Virus record (IMG/VR): IMGVR_UViG_3300036823_000117
Coordinates: 32,001-96,000 of that record
From: a virus
DNA: 64,000 bases
Direction: 5' to 3' (one strand)
The position numbers were made by a program, and so were the translations under genes. The stretch's first letter is position 1, and each line of letters starts with the position of its first letter. The notes beneath the pieces were generated by a model that made no database searches, was not told where the DNA came from, and saw only the letters and a list, made by a program, of their open reading frames with translations. This document shows positions 1-8,690 of the stretch, piece after piece.

Positions 1-292
1 CGTAGTTGATCGCCTGGGCGAGAACTTCCGCGGTCGGGGTGCGCGCCCACCCGCTGACCCGGTTGCCGTGCCCGTCCGACACCGGGCCGCCCACCCGGGC
101 AAACTCCGGATCGACAGCTATGACTGCCTGCCAGAGCGTCAGCCCGAAACCGACGTCGGGATTCAAGACGATGGAATGCGCGTCGTCCCACGTCGCCTCG
201 CCCGGCTGCTCCACGGCCGCCATCAGCCGGGCCCGCACGTCCTCGCCCAGTGCCCCGAACATGTTGCTCGCGGCGTTCAGGTCAATCTGCAT
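1..292 (-). CDS. Hypothetical phage protein (runs off the window edge)
   Basis: ATG at 292, open to the edge (MQIDLNAASNMFG...TWDDAHSIVLN); last gene visible in the leftward operon. Confidence 0.6.
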   Translation of the reverse strand, partial: MQIDLNAASNMFGALGEDVRARLMAAVEQPGEATWDDAHSIVLNPDVGFGLTLWQAVIAVDPEFARVGGPVSDGHGNRVSGWARTPTAEVLAQAINY

Positions 293-461
293 CTCGGTTC
301 CCCTCGCCCCATACGCCCGTCGCCGGCCCTTCGCGGTCAGCGTCGCCGGGCTCGTTGATGAGCTGCCCGCTCGTGAATCCCTGCGCGGCCAGCTCCGACA
401 CGCGCTCGAAATCGGCTTCGGTCGGCTCGCCCGTGAAAATGAGTTCCCACCACGTGGCCAT
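282..461 (-). CDS. Small hypothetical protein
   Basis: GGAGG RBS before the ATG; overlaps the next gene. Confidence 0.6.
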   Translation of the reverse strand: MATWWELIFTGEPTEADFERVSELAAQGFTSGQLINEPGDADREGPATGVWGEGNRDAD

Positions 462-463
462 GT

Positions 464-682
464 TCAGTCCTCCCACGTCTTTGCCCTGCCCAGGCTGAGC
501 AGGTAAGCGGCTACTGCCTGCCGGTCCCAGATGGCCCCGGCCCCGGTCTGCGTCGATTCCGGCGCGGTTTCGTGCGTCCGCCGATCCATGAGCTGCGCGG
601 CACGCTGCCGGCTGACGCCGGCCATCGCGCCGATATCCGAGACGCTCACCACGTCGGGCGCCGCACCATGCGGCCCGTTCAT
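464..682 (-). CDS. Small HTH DNA-binding protein (excisionase/Cro-like)
   Basis: VVSVSDIGAMAGVSRQRAAQL helix-turn-helix pattern. Confidence 0.7.
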   Translation of the reverse strand: MNGPHGAAPDVVSVSDIGAMAGVSRQRAAQLMDRRTHETAPESTQTGAGAIWDRQAVAAYLLSLGRAKTWED

Positions 683-1026
683 GCCAGGGTGACCAGGAAG
701 TCGTCCGGCAGGTGCGTTCCGCCGACCCGGTGATCGGGGCCCACCTCGTAACTGGTCGCGTTCAGGTACGCGGAGCGGAGCGCGTCGCGGATGCCGTCGG
801 ATGCGATCAGGGTTTCGCGTGCCGCTGCCACGTCGGCCTCTACGATGGCCTGTGCTTCCAGCGTGGTCCGCACGTCGCGGCAGTCCACGGGGGAGAACCA
901 GTCGTCGCCAACCGGGAAAGTCTCCAGCGGCGTGATCCGGAACAGGCGCCCTCCTGCGCGCACGTGAAACGGCGTTGCCGGGATCGCGTCGGTCGTCATC
1001 GTGTCGTCCCCTCGGTTCGTTGTCAT
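679..1026 (-). CDS. Hypothetical protein, probably leaderless mRNA
   Basis: ATG 6 nt after the -10 box TAAGGT. Confidence 0.6.
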   Translation of the reverse strand: MTTNRGDDTMTTDAIPATPFHVRAGGRLFRITPLETFPVGDDWFSPVDCRDVRTTLEAQAIVEADVAAARETLIASDGIRDALRSAYLNATSYEVGPDHRVGGTHLPDDFLVTLA

Positions 1027-1032
1027 GCCTGA

Positions 1033-1104
1033 ACCTTACACGGTCAAGATGCCGCTGTCAAGTAAGACACGGAAGCCCGCACCGTATGGCGCGGGCTTCC
1101 GTGT
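1033..1104 (-). promoter_or_regulatory. Hairpin-promoter cassette 1
   Basis: Hairpin 1067-1104, then TTGACA (1061-1056), 17 nt, TAAGGT (1038-1033). Confidence 0.8.
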
Positions 1105-1118
1105 GCTTTCCCTGATGG

Positions 1119-2132
1119 TCAGGCGTCCGCCGCCTCCCGGCGGTCCGCCTCCGCCACGATGGCCGCCATGTCATCGGCCGACTTGCGGCCCATCACCTTG
1201 TGATACGGGATCGTGTCGGTCCAGGTGCAGCGGCCGCCGGCCTTGGTCACGACCGGCCCGTCGTTGATCATCGCGGGAATCGTCACGCTCTTAGCGCTCA
1301 CCCGGAGCACCTCGAACCACGTTCCGTGGAACAGCATGAAGTCACCCTTGGTGAAGTCGGCCCGCGACCAGAGCTTCACGCCGGCCGCCTCCTGGTCGGC
1401 GACGTGCTGGCGCCAGTAGGCCAGCTGGTCGGCTATCTCCGCGAGGCGGCCGGTGAGCCGCTCCAGGTATTCGCCCGTCGCCGGCTTGCCGTAGTTCATG
1501 TACGGGTCGGTTCCGTCCACGCGGCGCTGTAGCTTCCGCTGGTCGGCCTCCAGCTTTTCGATTCGCCGCTGTGTGGTGCGCACGTTCTCGCGTGACTGCT
1601 GGTGCGTGGCGGCCGACTCGGCTCGGCTCTCGTGGTAGTCGCGCTTGCCGATCTCTTCCAGGCCGCGGCGCATGTGGTTGTCCGCGCGTGCCAGGTCGCG
1701 GCGGTGGCGGCCTTCGCTGTGGTGCCCTACCAGGATCGGCTGACCGGGCGGGATGAAGTCGAGAATTGCGCGCTCAGCTTTCCAGTGCCCGTCGGCGCGT
1801 GCGTCCGCGGCCTGGGCGCGCTCCTCGTGGTATTCCGCGCGGCTGTCGGCGCGTGCGTACCGGTCGGCCTCCACTTCGGCGAACGGCCGCGGTGCCGACT
1901 CGTCAATTTCGACGGTGACCTCATGGCCGGCGGCGCGGAGCGCGGCGGCGGCGCGGTTGATCTTGTACCGGTCGGCGGTCTTGTCGCGCGACTGGCCAAG
2001 CCCGATCTGTGCGAGCGAGCGGAAGTAGCGCCAGTTGTCATGCAGCCCCTTAAGCAGCTCATAGACCCCGTCGCCCTTGCTCGAACCGTCGATCAGGGTC
2101 CCGTCAGCGTGCGTGTGGCCAATCGTGATCAT
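1119..2132 (-). CDS. DUF3560-domain protein
   Basis: GQPILVGHHSEGRHRRD signature; start MITIGHTHADGTLI after a GGGGGG RBS. Confidence 0.8.
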   Translation of the reverse strand: MITIGHTHADGTLIDGSSKGDGVYELLKGLHDNWRYFRSLAQIGLGQSRDKTADRYKINRAAAALRAAGHEVTVEIDESAPRPFAEVEADRYARADSRAEYHEERAQAADARADGHWKAERAILDFIPPGQPILVGHHSEGRHRRDLARADNHMRRGLEEIGKRDYHESRAESAATHQQSRENVRTTQRRIEKLEADQRKLQRRVDGTDPYMNYGKPATGEYLERLTGRLAEIADQLAYWRQHVADQEAAGVKLWSRADFTKGDFMLFHGTWFEVLRVSAKSVTIPAMINDGPVVTKAGGRCTWTDTIPYHKVMGRKSADDMAAIVAEADRREAADA

Positions 2133-2169
2133 CGTGCCCCCCTGCTCGGTAGCCTTACCTGATAGATAC

Positions 2170-2240
2170 ACACTATGGATACGCGTTAGCGTTGTCAAGC
2201 CAGACACGGAAACCCGCGCGCCGTGACGGCGACGCGGGCC
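2170..2240 (-). promoter_or_regulatory. Hairpin-promoter cassette 2
   Basis: TTGACA (2198-2193), 17 nt, TAGTGT (2175-2170); GC hairpin upstream. Confidence 0.8.
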
Positions 2241-2268
2241 CTCGGTCGAACGTGTGACGCGCCCGGCC

Positions 2269-2496
2269 CTACCAATACGGATTCGTCCAGGGCCGCGCCT
2301 TGACAACGGTCCGCGCCGCGGGCAGGTCGCTGGCCGTAGTGCCCGCCTCCGCTTCGAAGGCACCCGGATACTCAGGGTCGTCGTACACCTCGAATCCGGC
2401 CGCCTCCAGTGCGCGCCGGAGCGCTGCGGTTGCGTCGTCGCCGCTGGCCGCTTCGATGTTGGCCACTACGGGCAACGATGTGTTGTAGATCGCCAT
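2269..2496 (-). CDS. Hypothetical protein
   Basis: MAIYNTSLPVV... after an RBS; operon context. Confidence 0.55.
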   Translation of the reverse strand: MAIYNTSLPVVANIEAASGDDATAALRRALEAAGFEVYDDPEYPGAFEAEAGTTASDLPAARTVVKARPWTNPYW

Positions 2497-2593
2497 TGCT
2501 TGCGCCCTTCCGTTTTCTGTGATGTGCTTCCGGCCCTGCTGGCCGGCCAGGGCAGCGAACGCGCGGCACGCGCCCGCCACCCTGGCCGGCCAC

Positions 2594-2962
2594 CTAGCCG
2601 AGGGGCCAGATAGCCTCGGCCGCCGCGGTCAGGTGACGCGCACCAACCGCCAGCCGCAAAGCGCCGGCCAGCTGCCGGCGCAACTCCGGCCGCAGCACGA
2701 TAACCAGCGTGACCAGCACAGCAAACGCCAGCTCATCCAACGGGCCCGGCACAGCTAGAAGCGCCGCAGGCAGCCACCTAAGCCACCGCGGGAGCAACGC
2801 CACACCGAACCCTGCCAGGACCGCGACCACCCGTAGCGGCGTACTCCGCGCCACGGTCCGCCGGCCAGCCAGGACCACCCGGGCGAGCAACCGCCGGCCG
2901 GCCAGGATGACCCCCAGGGCCCGCACGTCGGCCGCACGCGCGGCCACCATGATCACGCTCAT
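2594..2962 (-). CDS. Small membrane protein
   Basis: Hydrophobic segments around LLAVPGPLDELA; GGGG RBS. Confidence 0.55.
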   Translation of the reverse strand: MSVIMVAARAADVRALGVILAGRRLLARVVLAGRRTVARSTPLRVVAVLAGFGVALLPRWLRWLPAALLAVPGPLDELAFAVLVTLVIVLRPELRRQLAGALRLAVGARHLTAAAEAIWPLG

Positions 2963-3007
2963 TACTTCCCCCTCGCTTGAATGCTGCTCGGATGCTTTCT
3001 GGACCCG

Positions 3008-3349
3008 CTAAGCCGGCAGGTGGCGCTGATACGCGCGCCGCGATGCCCGCGGCTGCGTCCATGCGTGCTGGCGCCACCCGCACCCGTCGCACTGGCCTAT
3101 GGCCTGCCCCGGGTACTCCTGGCCGTGAATCTCGCGGTACGCATGCGCCGGGCGCGGGTCACCCTCACCCGCGAACCGTGTCCGCGCCGCCGCTAGGTGC
3201 AGGTACAGCCCGTACGCGGTATCGGTCGGCGCGCGGCCGGCTACCGCGTCGTAGTAGGCGCGGTCAATCGCGGCCGTCATCCACGCGCCGCCCCACCCGT
3301 CGAATCGGTCGTTAATCCTGATCAGTTCGGTTACGGGGTTCTCGCCCAT
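3008..3349 (-). CDS. Hypothetical protein with CxxC
   Basis: GGAG RBS; CDGC motif. Confidence 0.55.
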   Translation of the reverse strand: MGENPVTELIRINDRFDGWGGAWMTAAIDRAYYDAVAGRAPTDTAYGLYLHLAAARTRFAGEGDPRPAHAYREIHGQEYPGQAIGQCDGCGWRQHAWTQPRASRRAYQRHLPA

Positions 3350-3379
3350 CTGGTGCTCCTTCCGCTTGCTCGGAATGTG

Positions 3380-4243
3380 TCAGGCCAGCACCGCGGCGAC
3401 CGCGGCCCGCTTATCTGCCCGCAGAAACATGGACCCGTCCGGGCGGACCCCCCACCACGCCCACCGCTTGAAACCGTTCGCCTTGTCTGTGACCTGGGCG
3501 CGGTAGGCGTGCCCGGCGCCTACTCCCCCGCGGCTGATTTCGACCCGGGCGCCGTCGTCTGTGTCGCGGGTGACGACTGGTCCGCGAACATGTCCAGCGT
3601 TCCCAGCGGGCACGCGGCCGGCGCCGGCGCCGGCTTCGGTTCCGGGAGCAGGTCGGGAAACAAGCTGCTCCCCGCGGTCTGCACAACCGCGCGGGCTTTC
3701 TTCCCCGGCGCTAGCGACTGGTCGAAATGAAGCGGGCTCATCTGGTCCCATGCCGTCATCAGCGGTGCCCCCATCGGTCGCGGCGCCGGCGTCCATGCCG
3801 GCGCGGTCCATGTCGTCGCGGTAAACCTGCTGTGCGTTCGCGTGCTGTGCCAGGTACGCGGTCACGGTCACCCGCGGGTTTTCCAGCCAGAAATTCGCCA
3901 GCTCTTCCGACGCGTGCGCCATGGCGAACCGCTCGCTTCCCGACCACAGCCGGAACGCGTCGGTCAAAGGCGAGCCGGCGCGGACCAGGTACCCGTTGGT
4001 GACTGCCTCCGCGGCCAGGTACTGCGCATAGGCCGCCTGCCGCCATTCCTCGCGGAGCGCGTTGTTCCGCGCGTTTACCTCACGCCAGTACGCGGCGGCC
4101 TGGTCGCGGCGGGTGACTATGGCCAGGATGACGCGCTGCAACTCGGCGTCGGCGTCCGCGCATGCCCGGGTGAACAGGGCGGCCAGGTCGTCGTCTGTGA
4201 GCTTGGCCAGGTCGGCCGGCTTCACGTCAAGTGCTGTGCTCAT
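3380..4243 (-). CDS. Conserved actinophage hypothetical protein, probably leaderless
   Basis: QYLAAEAVTNGYL...ASEELANFW motif; ATG 6 nt after the -10 box. Confidence 0.7.
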   Translation of the reverse strand: MSTALDVKPADLAKLTDDDLAALFTRACADADAELQRVILAIVTRRDQAAAYWREVNARNNALREEWRQAAYAQYLAAEAVTNGYLVRAGSPLTDAFRLWSGSERFAMAHASEELANFWLENPRVTVTAYLAQHANAQQVYRDDMDRAGMDAGAATDGGTADDGMGPDEPASFRPVASAGEESPRGCADRGEQLVSRPAPGTEAGAGAGRVPAGNAGHVRGPVVTRDTDDGARVEISRGGVGAGHAYRAQVTDKANGFKRWAWWGVRPDGSMFLRADKRAAVAAVLA

Positions 4244-4249
4244 GGCTAC

Positions 4250-4323
4250 ACACTAGCGCTACGGGTTACGTCTGTCAAGCACAACGCAGCAACCCCGCGC
4301 GCCGTACCGGCCGCGCGGGGTTT
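4250..4323 (-). promoter_or_regulatory. Hairpin-promoter cassette 3
   Basis: TTGACA (4278-4273), 17 nt, TAGTGT (4255-4250); hairpin 4291-4323. Confidence 0.8.
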
Positions 4324-4337
4324 CTGCAGGTCACGTT

Positions 4338-4919
4338 CTACGACGGGCCGGCCGTGCCGTTCCGCCGCACGATGCACGACCCGCCGCCGACCTTGCCGCG
4401 TGTCGTGCCCGTGCCGCCCCACACGATCACGGACACCCCCGGGCCGGGCCGCCAGTGCACCCACCCGGGAAGCGCACGCGCCGGCGTCACGCTCGCCACG
4501 TCACCCGGGACCGAGCACACCCGCGCCGACCCGCCCCACTGCTCCGCCGTCATCGCAGCATCCGCAGCCGCAGTGAACGCCATCACGAATGCATCCCCCG
4601 AACGCGGGTCATTGACCGCGGCCGCCGTACGGGCCAGCGCCGGATCCCCCGCGCGGCGCAGCACCCGCGCCCACGCGGCCGCCCAGCTCGGCTCATTCCA
4701 CGGCAGCCCGTCCGAACCGATGACCAGGCCGGCCATGCGCGACACGTGCCGGTAAGCCGCGAGAAGCTTGGTGCAGTCCGGAACGGGCGCCGGGCGGGCC
4801 GCAGGCACGGTGGCAGCGTGCGCCAGCGCGGGCCCGGCAATTCCCGCCGAGCCGGCCAGCACGGCCGCCGCGGTAACGGTCACGGCCACGCGGGCCGCGG
4901 TGCGCATTGGGTTGCTCAT
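4338..4919 (-). CDS. Secreted protein
   Basis: N-terminal signal peptide ending PALAHAA. Confidence 0.6.
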   Translation of the reverse strand: MSNPMRTAARVAVTVTAAAVLAGSAGIAGPALAHAATVPAARPAPVPDCTKLLAAYRHVSRMAGLVIGSDGLPWNEPSWAAAWARVLRRAGDPALARTAAAVNDPRSGDAFVMAFTAAADAAMTAEQWGGSARVCSVPGDVASVTPARALPGWVHWRPGPGVSVIVWGGTGTTRGKVGGGSCIVRRNGTAGPS

Positions 4920-5000
4920 TGGTTCCCCCTACAGGTTGGTTTCGGTGAGCCCTAGCGGGCTGCACGCGCCACGGGCGGCACCCGCGGCGCATGCGGTGCG

Positions 5001-5213
5001 CTAGGCCGGCTTCGCTACGCTGAACGTCGTGAACTGATTGACCAGGTAGGTACGGCACAGCGCGTCCCTCACCGTGTCCGGCAGGTGACCGGCCAGGTCG
5101 GCGAACGTCTCGCCCGGGTCTAGCCCGTACTCACGCGCGTAGTCGGCGCGCTGCTCCGGGGTCATCTTGAACGTGATGGTCACGCTCGTGAATTCGTCTT
5201 GCTCGGTTGGCAT
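5001..5213 (-). CDS. Hypothetical protein
   Basis: AGGAG RBS; MPTEQDEF... Confidence 0.6.
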   Translation of the reverse strand: MPTEQDEFTSVTITFKMTPEQRADYAREYGLDPGETFADLAGHLPDTVRDALCRTYLVNQFTTFSVAKPA

Positions 5214-5289
5214 GTCGTCTCTCCTGTAGCTCGTGACCTGCCCTAGCTGGGCAACAAGGCCCGCGTGCAAGACGCGGGCCCGATGCCCG

Positions 5290-5637
5290 CTAGGACATGC
5301 ACAGCGATGCGGCCGCCGCGCCGGCCTGCAATTTCCAAAGCGTGTCCGGGTCAATGCGCGTGTCGGTCCGTACCTCTACCGACTGACCAGCGGCCAAAAG
5401 CAGCGTGCTCGTCTGCCCAACGAAATCAGCGTGCATCGCGTGAGTCATGCCAGTGATGCCGTTGTGCCGAACGTCGGTCACGACATGCCACCCGCCCATG
5501 TCGCGCACCAGGTCACCAGGCATCAGCGTTCGCCCGGGCCGGCTCTCGGACGTGACGAAACCTCCGGTCGGCGATGCGCCGGCCAGGTCGAACAGGATGG
5601 AATTCCCGTCCTTGCCAAGTGCGTCAATCGTGATCAT
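5290..5637 (-). CDS. Hypothetical protein
   Basis: AGGAG RBS; operon context. Confidence 0.55.
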   Translation of the reverse strand: MITIDALGKDGNSILFDLAGASPTGGFVTSESRPGRTLMPGDLVRDMGGWHVVTDVRHNGITGMTHAMHADFVGQTSTLLLAAGQSVEVRTDTRIDPDTLWKLQAGAAAASLCMS

Positions 5638-5718
5638 GGTCAGTTCTCCTGTCTGGTGATCTGCCCTAGCGGGCATGGCGCCGGCCCGGGTAGCCCGGGC
5701 CGCACCGAACGCGCTAGG

Positions 5719-5979
5719 TCAGTCGCAGCAACCGCAGCACGGCGCGTCTTCGCAGCGGCGGCTGGACATGGTGACCCGCGCGCCGCTGTTGGTGTACGCG
5801 TACTTGGAATCGCGGCGGCCGGCACGTGCGCGCCGCGGCGCGTCCATTGCCTGGCATGCCTGGTGAGTGATGGCGCCGGGCCCGCCGTAGTTGATCCGGG
5901 CGCCGGCGGGAATCTCCGGGTCGGGGCACTGCGGGTCACAGCATGTGTCGGAGCGCTTCGCTGTGATGACTGTTGCCAT
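5719..5979 (-). CDS. Cys-rich small phage protein
   Basis: C-terminal RCEDAPCCGCC motif. Confidence 0.7.
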   Translation of the reverse strand: MATVITAKRSDTCCDPQCPDPEIPAGARINYGGPGAITHQACQAMDAPRRARAGRRDSKYAYTNSGARVTMSSRRCEDAPCCGCCD

Positions 5980-6018
5980 GGTGTCCCCCTAGGGTCCGTG
6001 TGCTGTGCTGATAGCTAC

Positions 6019-6088
6019 ACAGTAGAGCTACGCGTTAGACGTGTCAAGCCACATAGAAAAACCCGCGCGCCGTGTCGGCACGCGGGTT
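6019..6088 (-). promoter_or_regulatory. Hairpin-promoter cassette 4
   Basis: TTGACA (6047-6042), 17 nt, TACTGT (6024-6019); hairpin about 6059-6088. Confidence 0.8.
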
Positions 6089-6105
6089 AGACCAGGCCGG
6101 GCAGG

Positions 6106-6462
6106 CTACGCGGTCCGCGGCTTGATCTCGGTACGAAACTCCCCGTCGTAGCGGTACACCACTACCGGCGCCGGCCCGTCCAGAAACCCGCGGAGCAGCG
6201 AATCCGTGTGCGCGTGATACCCGATCCCCTCATACGACGTCACCGCGCCGCCGGCCGACAGCTCCGCCCCCCACGTACCCGCACACGAGATACTTACCTC
6301 GGTCGCTTCCCCGCTGATGCGCAGCCCTTCCGCGTACTGCTCCGCGGCACGCTCCGGATTCAGCGTGTCGTAGTGCGTGCCGAAATTCTCCCAGGCCAGG
6401 TAAGCCCCAGCGGGCAGGGCCCGCAGCACCGCGTAAGACTCCCCGTGCGTGATCTCACTCAT
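6106..6462 (-). CDS. Hypothetical protein
   Basis: GGGGG RBS; coding-like composition. Confidence 0.6.
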   Translation of the reverse strand: MSEITHGESYAVLRALPAGAYLAWENFGTHYDTLNPERAAEQYAEGLRISGEATEVSISCAGTWGAELSAGGAVTSYEGIGYHAHTDSLLRGFLDGPAPVVVYRYDGEFRTEIKPRTA

Positions 6463-6558
6463 GATCGCTTCCCCCTCGCGTAGTGCCGGATCTTGCCTTG
6501 AGTGCCCGGCGGTGCATTCGCTGCGTACCGCGCTAACCGGCCCGCCGGGCGGGTAGTC

Positions 6559-6753
6559 CTACAGGGTGCAGCAACACGGCGTGCAGTACCGGCACCCGCT
6601 GCACACGCAAGACAACCGGGCCGGGAGCACAACCGCGAGAGTCTCGGCGTTGCCCACGCGGCCGCCCGAAACCCGCGCGCCGCGGTCCGCCAGCTGGTCA
6701 CTGGTGAGCATCCGCACCGGGCGAGTGTTCCGGCTGGCAACAATCGGTTCCAT
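6559..6753 (-). CDS. Small protein with Cys-rich C-terminus
   Basis: GAGGG RBS; ends CVCSGCRYCTPCCC. Confidence 0.45.
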   Translation of the reverse strand: MEPIVASRNTRPVRMLTSDQLADRGARVSGGRVGNAETLAVVLPARLSCVCSGCRYCTPCCCTL

Positions 6754-6795
6754 GATCGTTTTCCCTCTCGTGTTCGCTGGTATCGGTTCGCTGGC

Positions 6796-6975
6796 CTAGC
6801 GGGCCCACGCGTAGGGCAGGAATCCCCCGCGGGTGAGCCACTCGTCAAGCACTTCGACGTGCTCCGCAAGCCGGAGCGATGCCTCCTGGAAGTGCGCGAT
6901 GCTGTCTCCCGGCTGCGCGCCGTTCACGTCCGCGATTGCCTGCCGGATTGCGGCGAGCGTGGCGTTGGGGTCCAT
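6796..6975 (-). CDS. 59-aa conserved actinophage protein (absent from the ORF track)
   Basis: MDPNATLAAIR...LAEHVEVLDEWLTRGGFLPYAW; GGAGG RBS. Confidence 0.75.
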   Translation of the reverse strand: MDPNATLAAIRQAIADVNGAQPGDSIAHFQEASLRLAEHVEVLDEWLTRGGFLPYAWAR

Positions 6976-7010
6976 GTGACTGCCTCCCGTTGTGCGTTGC
7001 TGTTAGCTAC

Positions 7011-7084
7011 ACACTAAGGCTACGCGTTAGGCATGTCAAGCGACACGCGGAAACTCCCCGTGCCAGCGTTCGGCACGGGGAGTT
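7011..7084 (-). promoter_or_regulatory. Hairpin-promoter cassette 5
   Basis: TTGACA (7039-7034), 17 nt, TAGTGT (7016-7011); hairpin 7052-7084. Confidence 0.8.
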
Positions 7085-7095
7085 GGGAGAGCCGG

Positions 7096-7344
7096 CTAGC
7101 TCCGCGCGCGCTTGCACTCCGCGACCCACGCAGGGTCACTGCCCGCCACGAGAGACGCAGCGCGGGCTAGCGTGTCACGCGCGCCCAGCTCCGCGCCGGC
7201 CGCAGACCAGGCCATGCCCGCGGACACGTAACCGACGCGTTCCCCCGACTCGTGAAACACCGTGTGAGTTGCGCCGGCCGGCGGTTCCTCCCAATCCGCG
7301 ACCGGCAGCACGTCGTAATGCCCGTGATCAGTGTCAACGTCCAT
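7096..7344 (-). CDS. Hypothetical protein
   Basis: GAGGAG RBS. Confidence 0.55.
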   Translation of the reverse strand: MDVDTDHGHYDVLPVADWEEPPAGATHTVFHESGERVGYVSAGMAWSAAGAELGARDTLARAASLVAGSDPAWVAECKRARS

Positions 7345-7345
7345 A

Positions 7346-7687
7346 TCAGATCTCCTCATCTTCCGGCCGCACCGTGTGACCCGTGATCGTGCGGAGCTTG
7401 TAACCGTCCGCGGGCCGGTACAGCACCGCGACCGCGGCCAGGTCGCTGACACGGGACACGAAACGCGAACCGTCGGGGCGGGTGACTTCGGTAACGGTCT
7501 CCAGGCCGGCCGGCGGGTAGTTCTCGGCTATCCACCCGTCCGCTTCAGGCCGCGTGTCGAAAGCGCGCTCGTAACCGTCCGATTCCGTCACGATGTGCTG
7601 CCACGGGTGACTGATCACGTTCCGCATTCGGTCGCCATCCCACCTGGTCCAGGTGACGCGAACGCGCTTGACGGTCGGCATGTCCAT
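7346..7687 (-). CDS. Hypothetical protein
   Basis: Tightly packed in the operon. Confidence 0.55.
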   Translation of the reverse strand: MDMPTVKRVRVTWTRWDGDRMRNVISHPWQHIVTESDGYERAFDTRPEADGWIAENYPPAGLETVTEVTRPDGSRFVSRVSDLAAVAVLYRPADGYKLRTITGHTVRPEDEEI

Positions 7688-7885
7688 TTACTTTGTCCCC
7701 TTGCGTGTCGGCTTGCAATGGATCTTGTAACCCTCGGCGTGTGACCCGGTAACCGGTCCGTGCCGCGGTCCTACCTCGGCCAGGCAGTCGGAGCACGTCC
7801 CGTAGTGCAGGTTCACGCCCGGCCCCTTGGCCCGTACGGGCCCGCGTGCCCGCACCCTGGGCTGCGGAGGGTTCATCAAGCTCAT
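7688..7885 (-). CDS. Small putative Zn-binding protein, probably leaderless
   Basis: CSDC and HC motifs; TTGCCT-17-TACGTT-7-ATG. Confidence 0.55.
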   Translation of the reverse strand: MSLMNPPQPRVRARGPVRAKGPGVNLHYGTCSDCLAEVGPRHGPVTGSHAEGYKIHCKPTRKGTK

Positions 7886-7889
7886 AGAG

Positions 7890-8384
7890 GTAAACGTATA
7901 CCTCTACTGTGAGGCAGGCAAGCCGAACCGCCGAACAGGTATACTCAAACTCATGGGCAGGCCAGCGCTACCACACGGACGCCACGTCACCATCAGCGCC
8001 AAAGTCTCCGACGCACAGCTAGCCGCGATAGACGCCGCACGCGGCCAGCTCTCACGCTCCGCATGGCTAGCGTCCGCGGCCGCAGCAGCCGCGCCACCTG
8101 CCGCCGGGCCCGCCGCGAGCTCCACACACACGCCGGCCACCGCGGATAGTCCGGCGCCGGCCGAGGTGAAGCGCACCAGGAAAGCCTCTCAGCCGCCCGC
8201 ACAGGCCGCCACGTGCCCGCACAGGGGACTGCAGCCTGGTGCTTACTGCCGTGCGTGTAAGTCAGTCGTGCCAGGCAAGCCATCGTGAGGCCTGCACTAC
8301 GGCACGGCAACAGGTAAACGTATACGGATACACCCCAGGTAAAGGTAAACGTAAACCAATACCCGGATACAAGTAAACGTATAC
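7890..8384 (+). repeat. GTAAACGTA(T/A)AC repeats, 4 copies
   Basis: Copies at 7890, 8314, 8345 and 8373. Confidence 0.8.
7953..8288 (+). CDS. Ribbon-helix-helix DNA-binding protein with C-terminal Zn knuckle
   Basis: MGRP...VTISAKVSDAQLAAIDAARGQLSRSAWL; TATACT 7 nt before the ATG; CPH...CRAC. Confidence 0.7.
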   Translation: MGRPALPHGRHVTISAKVSDAQLAAIDAARGQLSRSAWLASAAAAAAPPAAGPAASSTHTPATADSPAPAEVKRTRKASQPPAQAATCPHRGLQPGAYCRACKSVVPGKPS

Positions 8385-8662
8385 AGCAACCGGCGAACAC
8401 ACACTGAGCAAGGGTGACCCCCCGCGCGAAACCAGCGGCCGGCACGACTATGGACGTTGCGCGCGTGCGCGGTTCTACTAGCGGGGATGCTCGGCGGGGA
8501 TGCGCCGGTAAGGCGGCCGGTAAGCGGAGGGTTGCCCTGGCAGTTAGGCGATAACGGACAGCGGCATTGTGTTGGGTAGCTGTGTATTACCGGGCAATCT
8601 CGCGTTTGTGCAGGTCAAGGCTTCGCAGTTTGGCAAAGGCAAGCCATTGATAACGTAATGCA

Positions 8663-8690
8663 GCTTTACCTAAGGTTTATTATCGGCGCG
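8663..8690 (-). other. dif-like XerCD site
   Basis: CGCGCCGATAA-TAAACC-TTAGGTAAAGC; 11-6-11 layout resembling actinobacterial dif. Confidence 0.6.

Noticed and set aside
8311-8390. Short repeats as a CRISPR array
   Set aside because: Repeats are only 12 nt, spacers are under 20 nt, and no cas genes are present.
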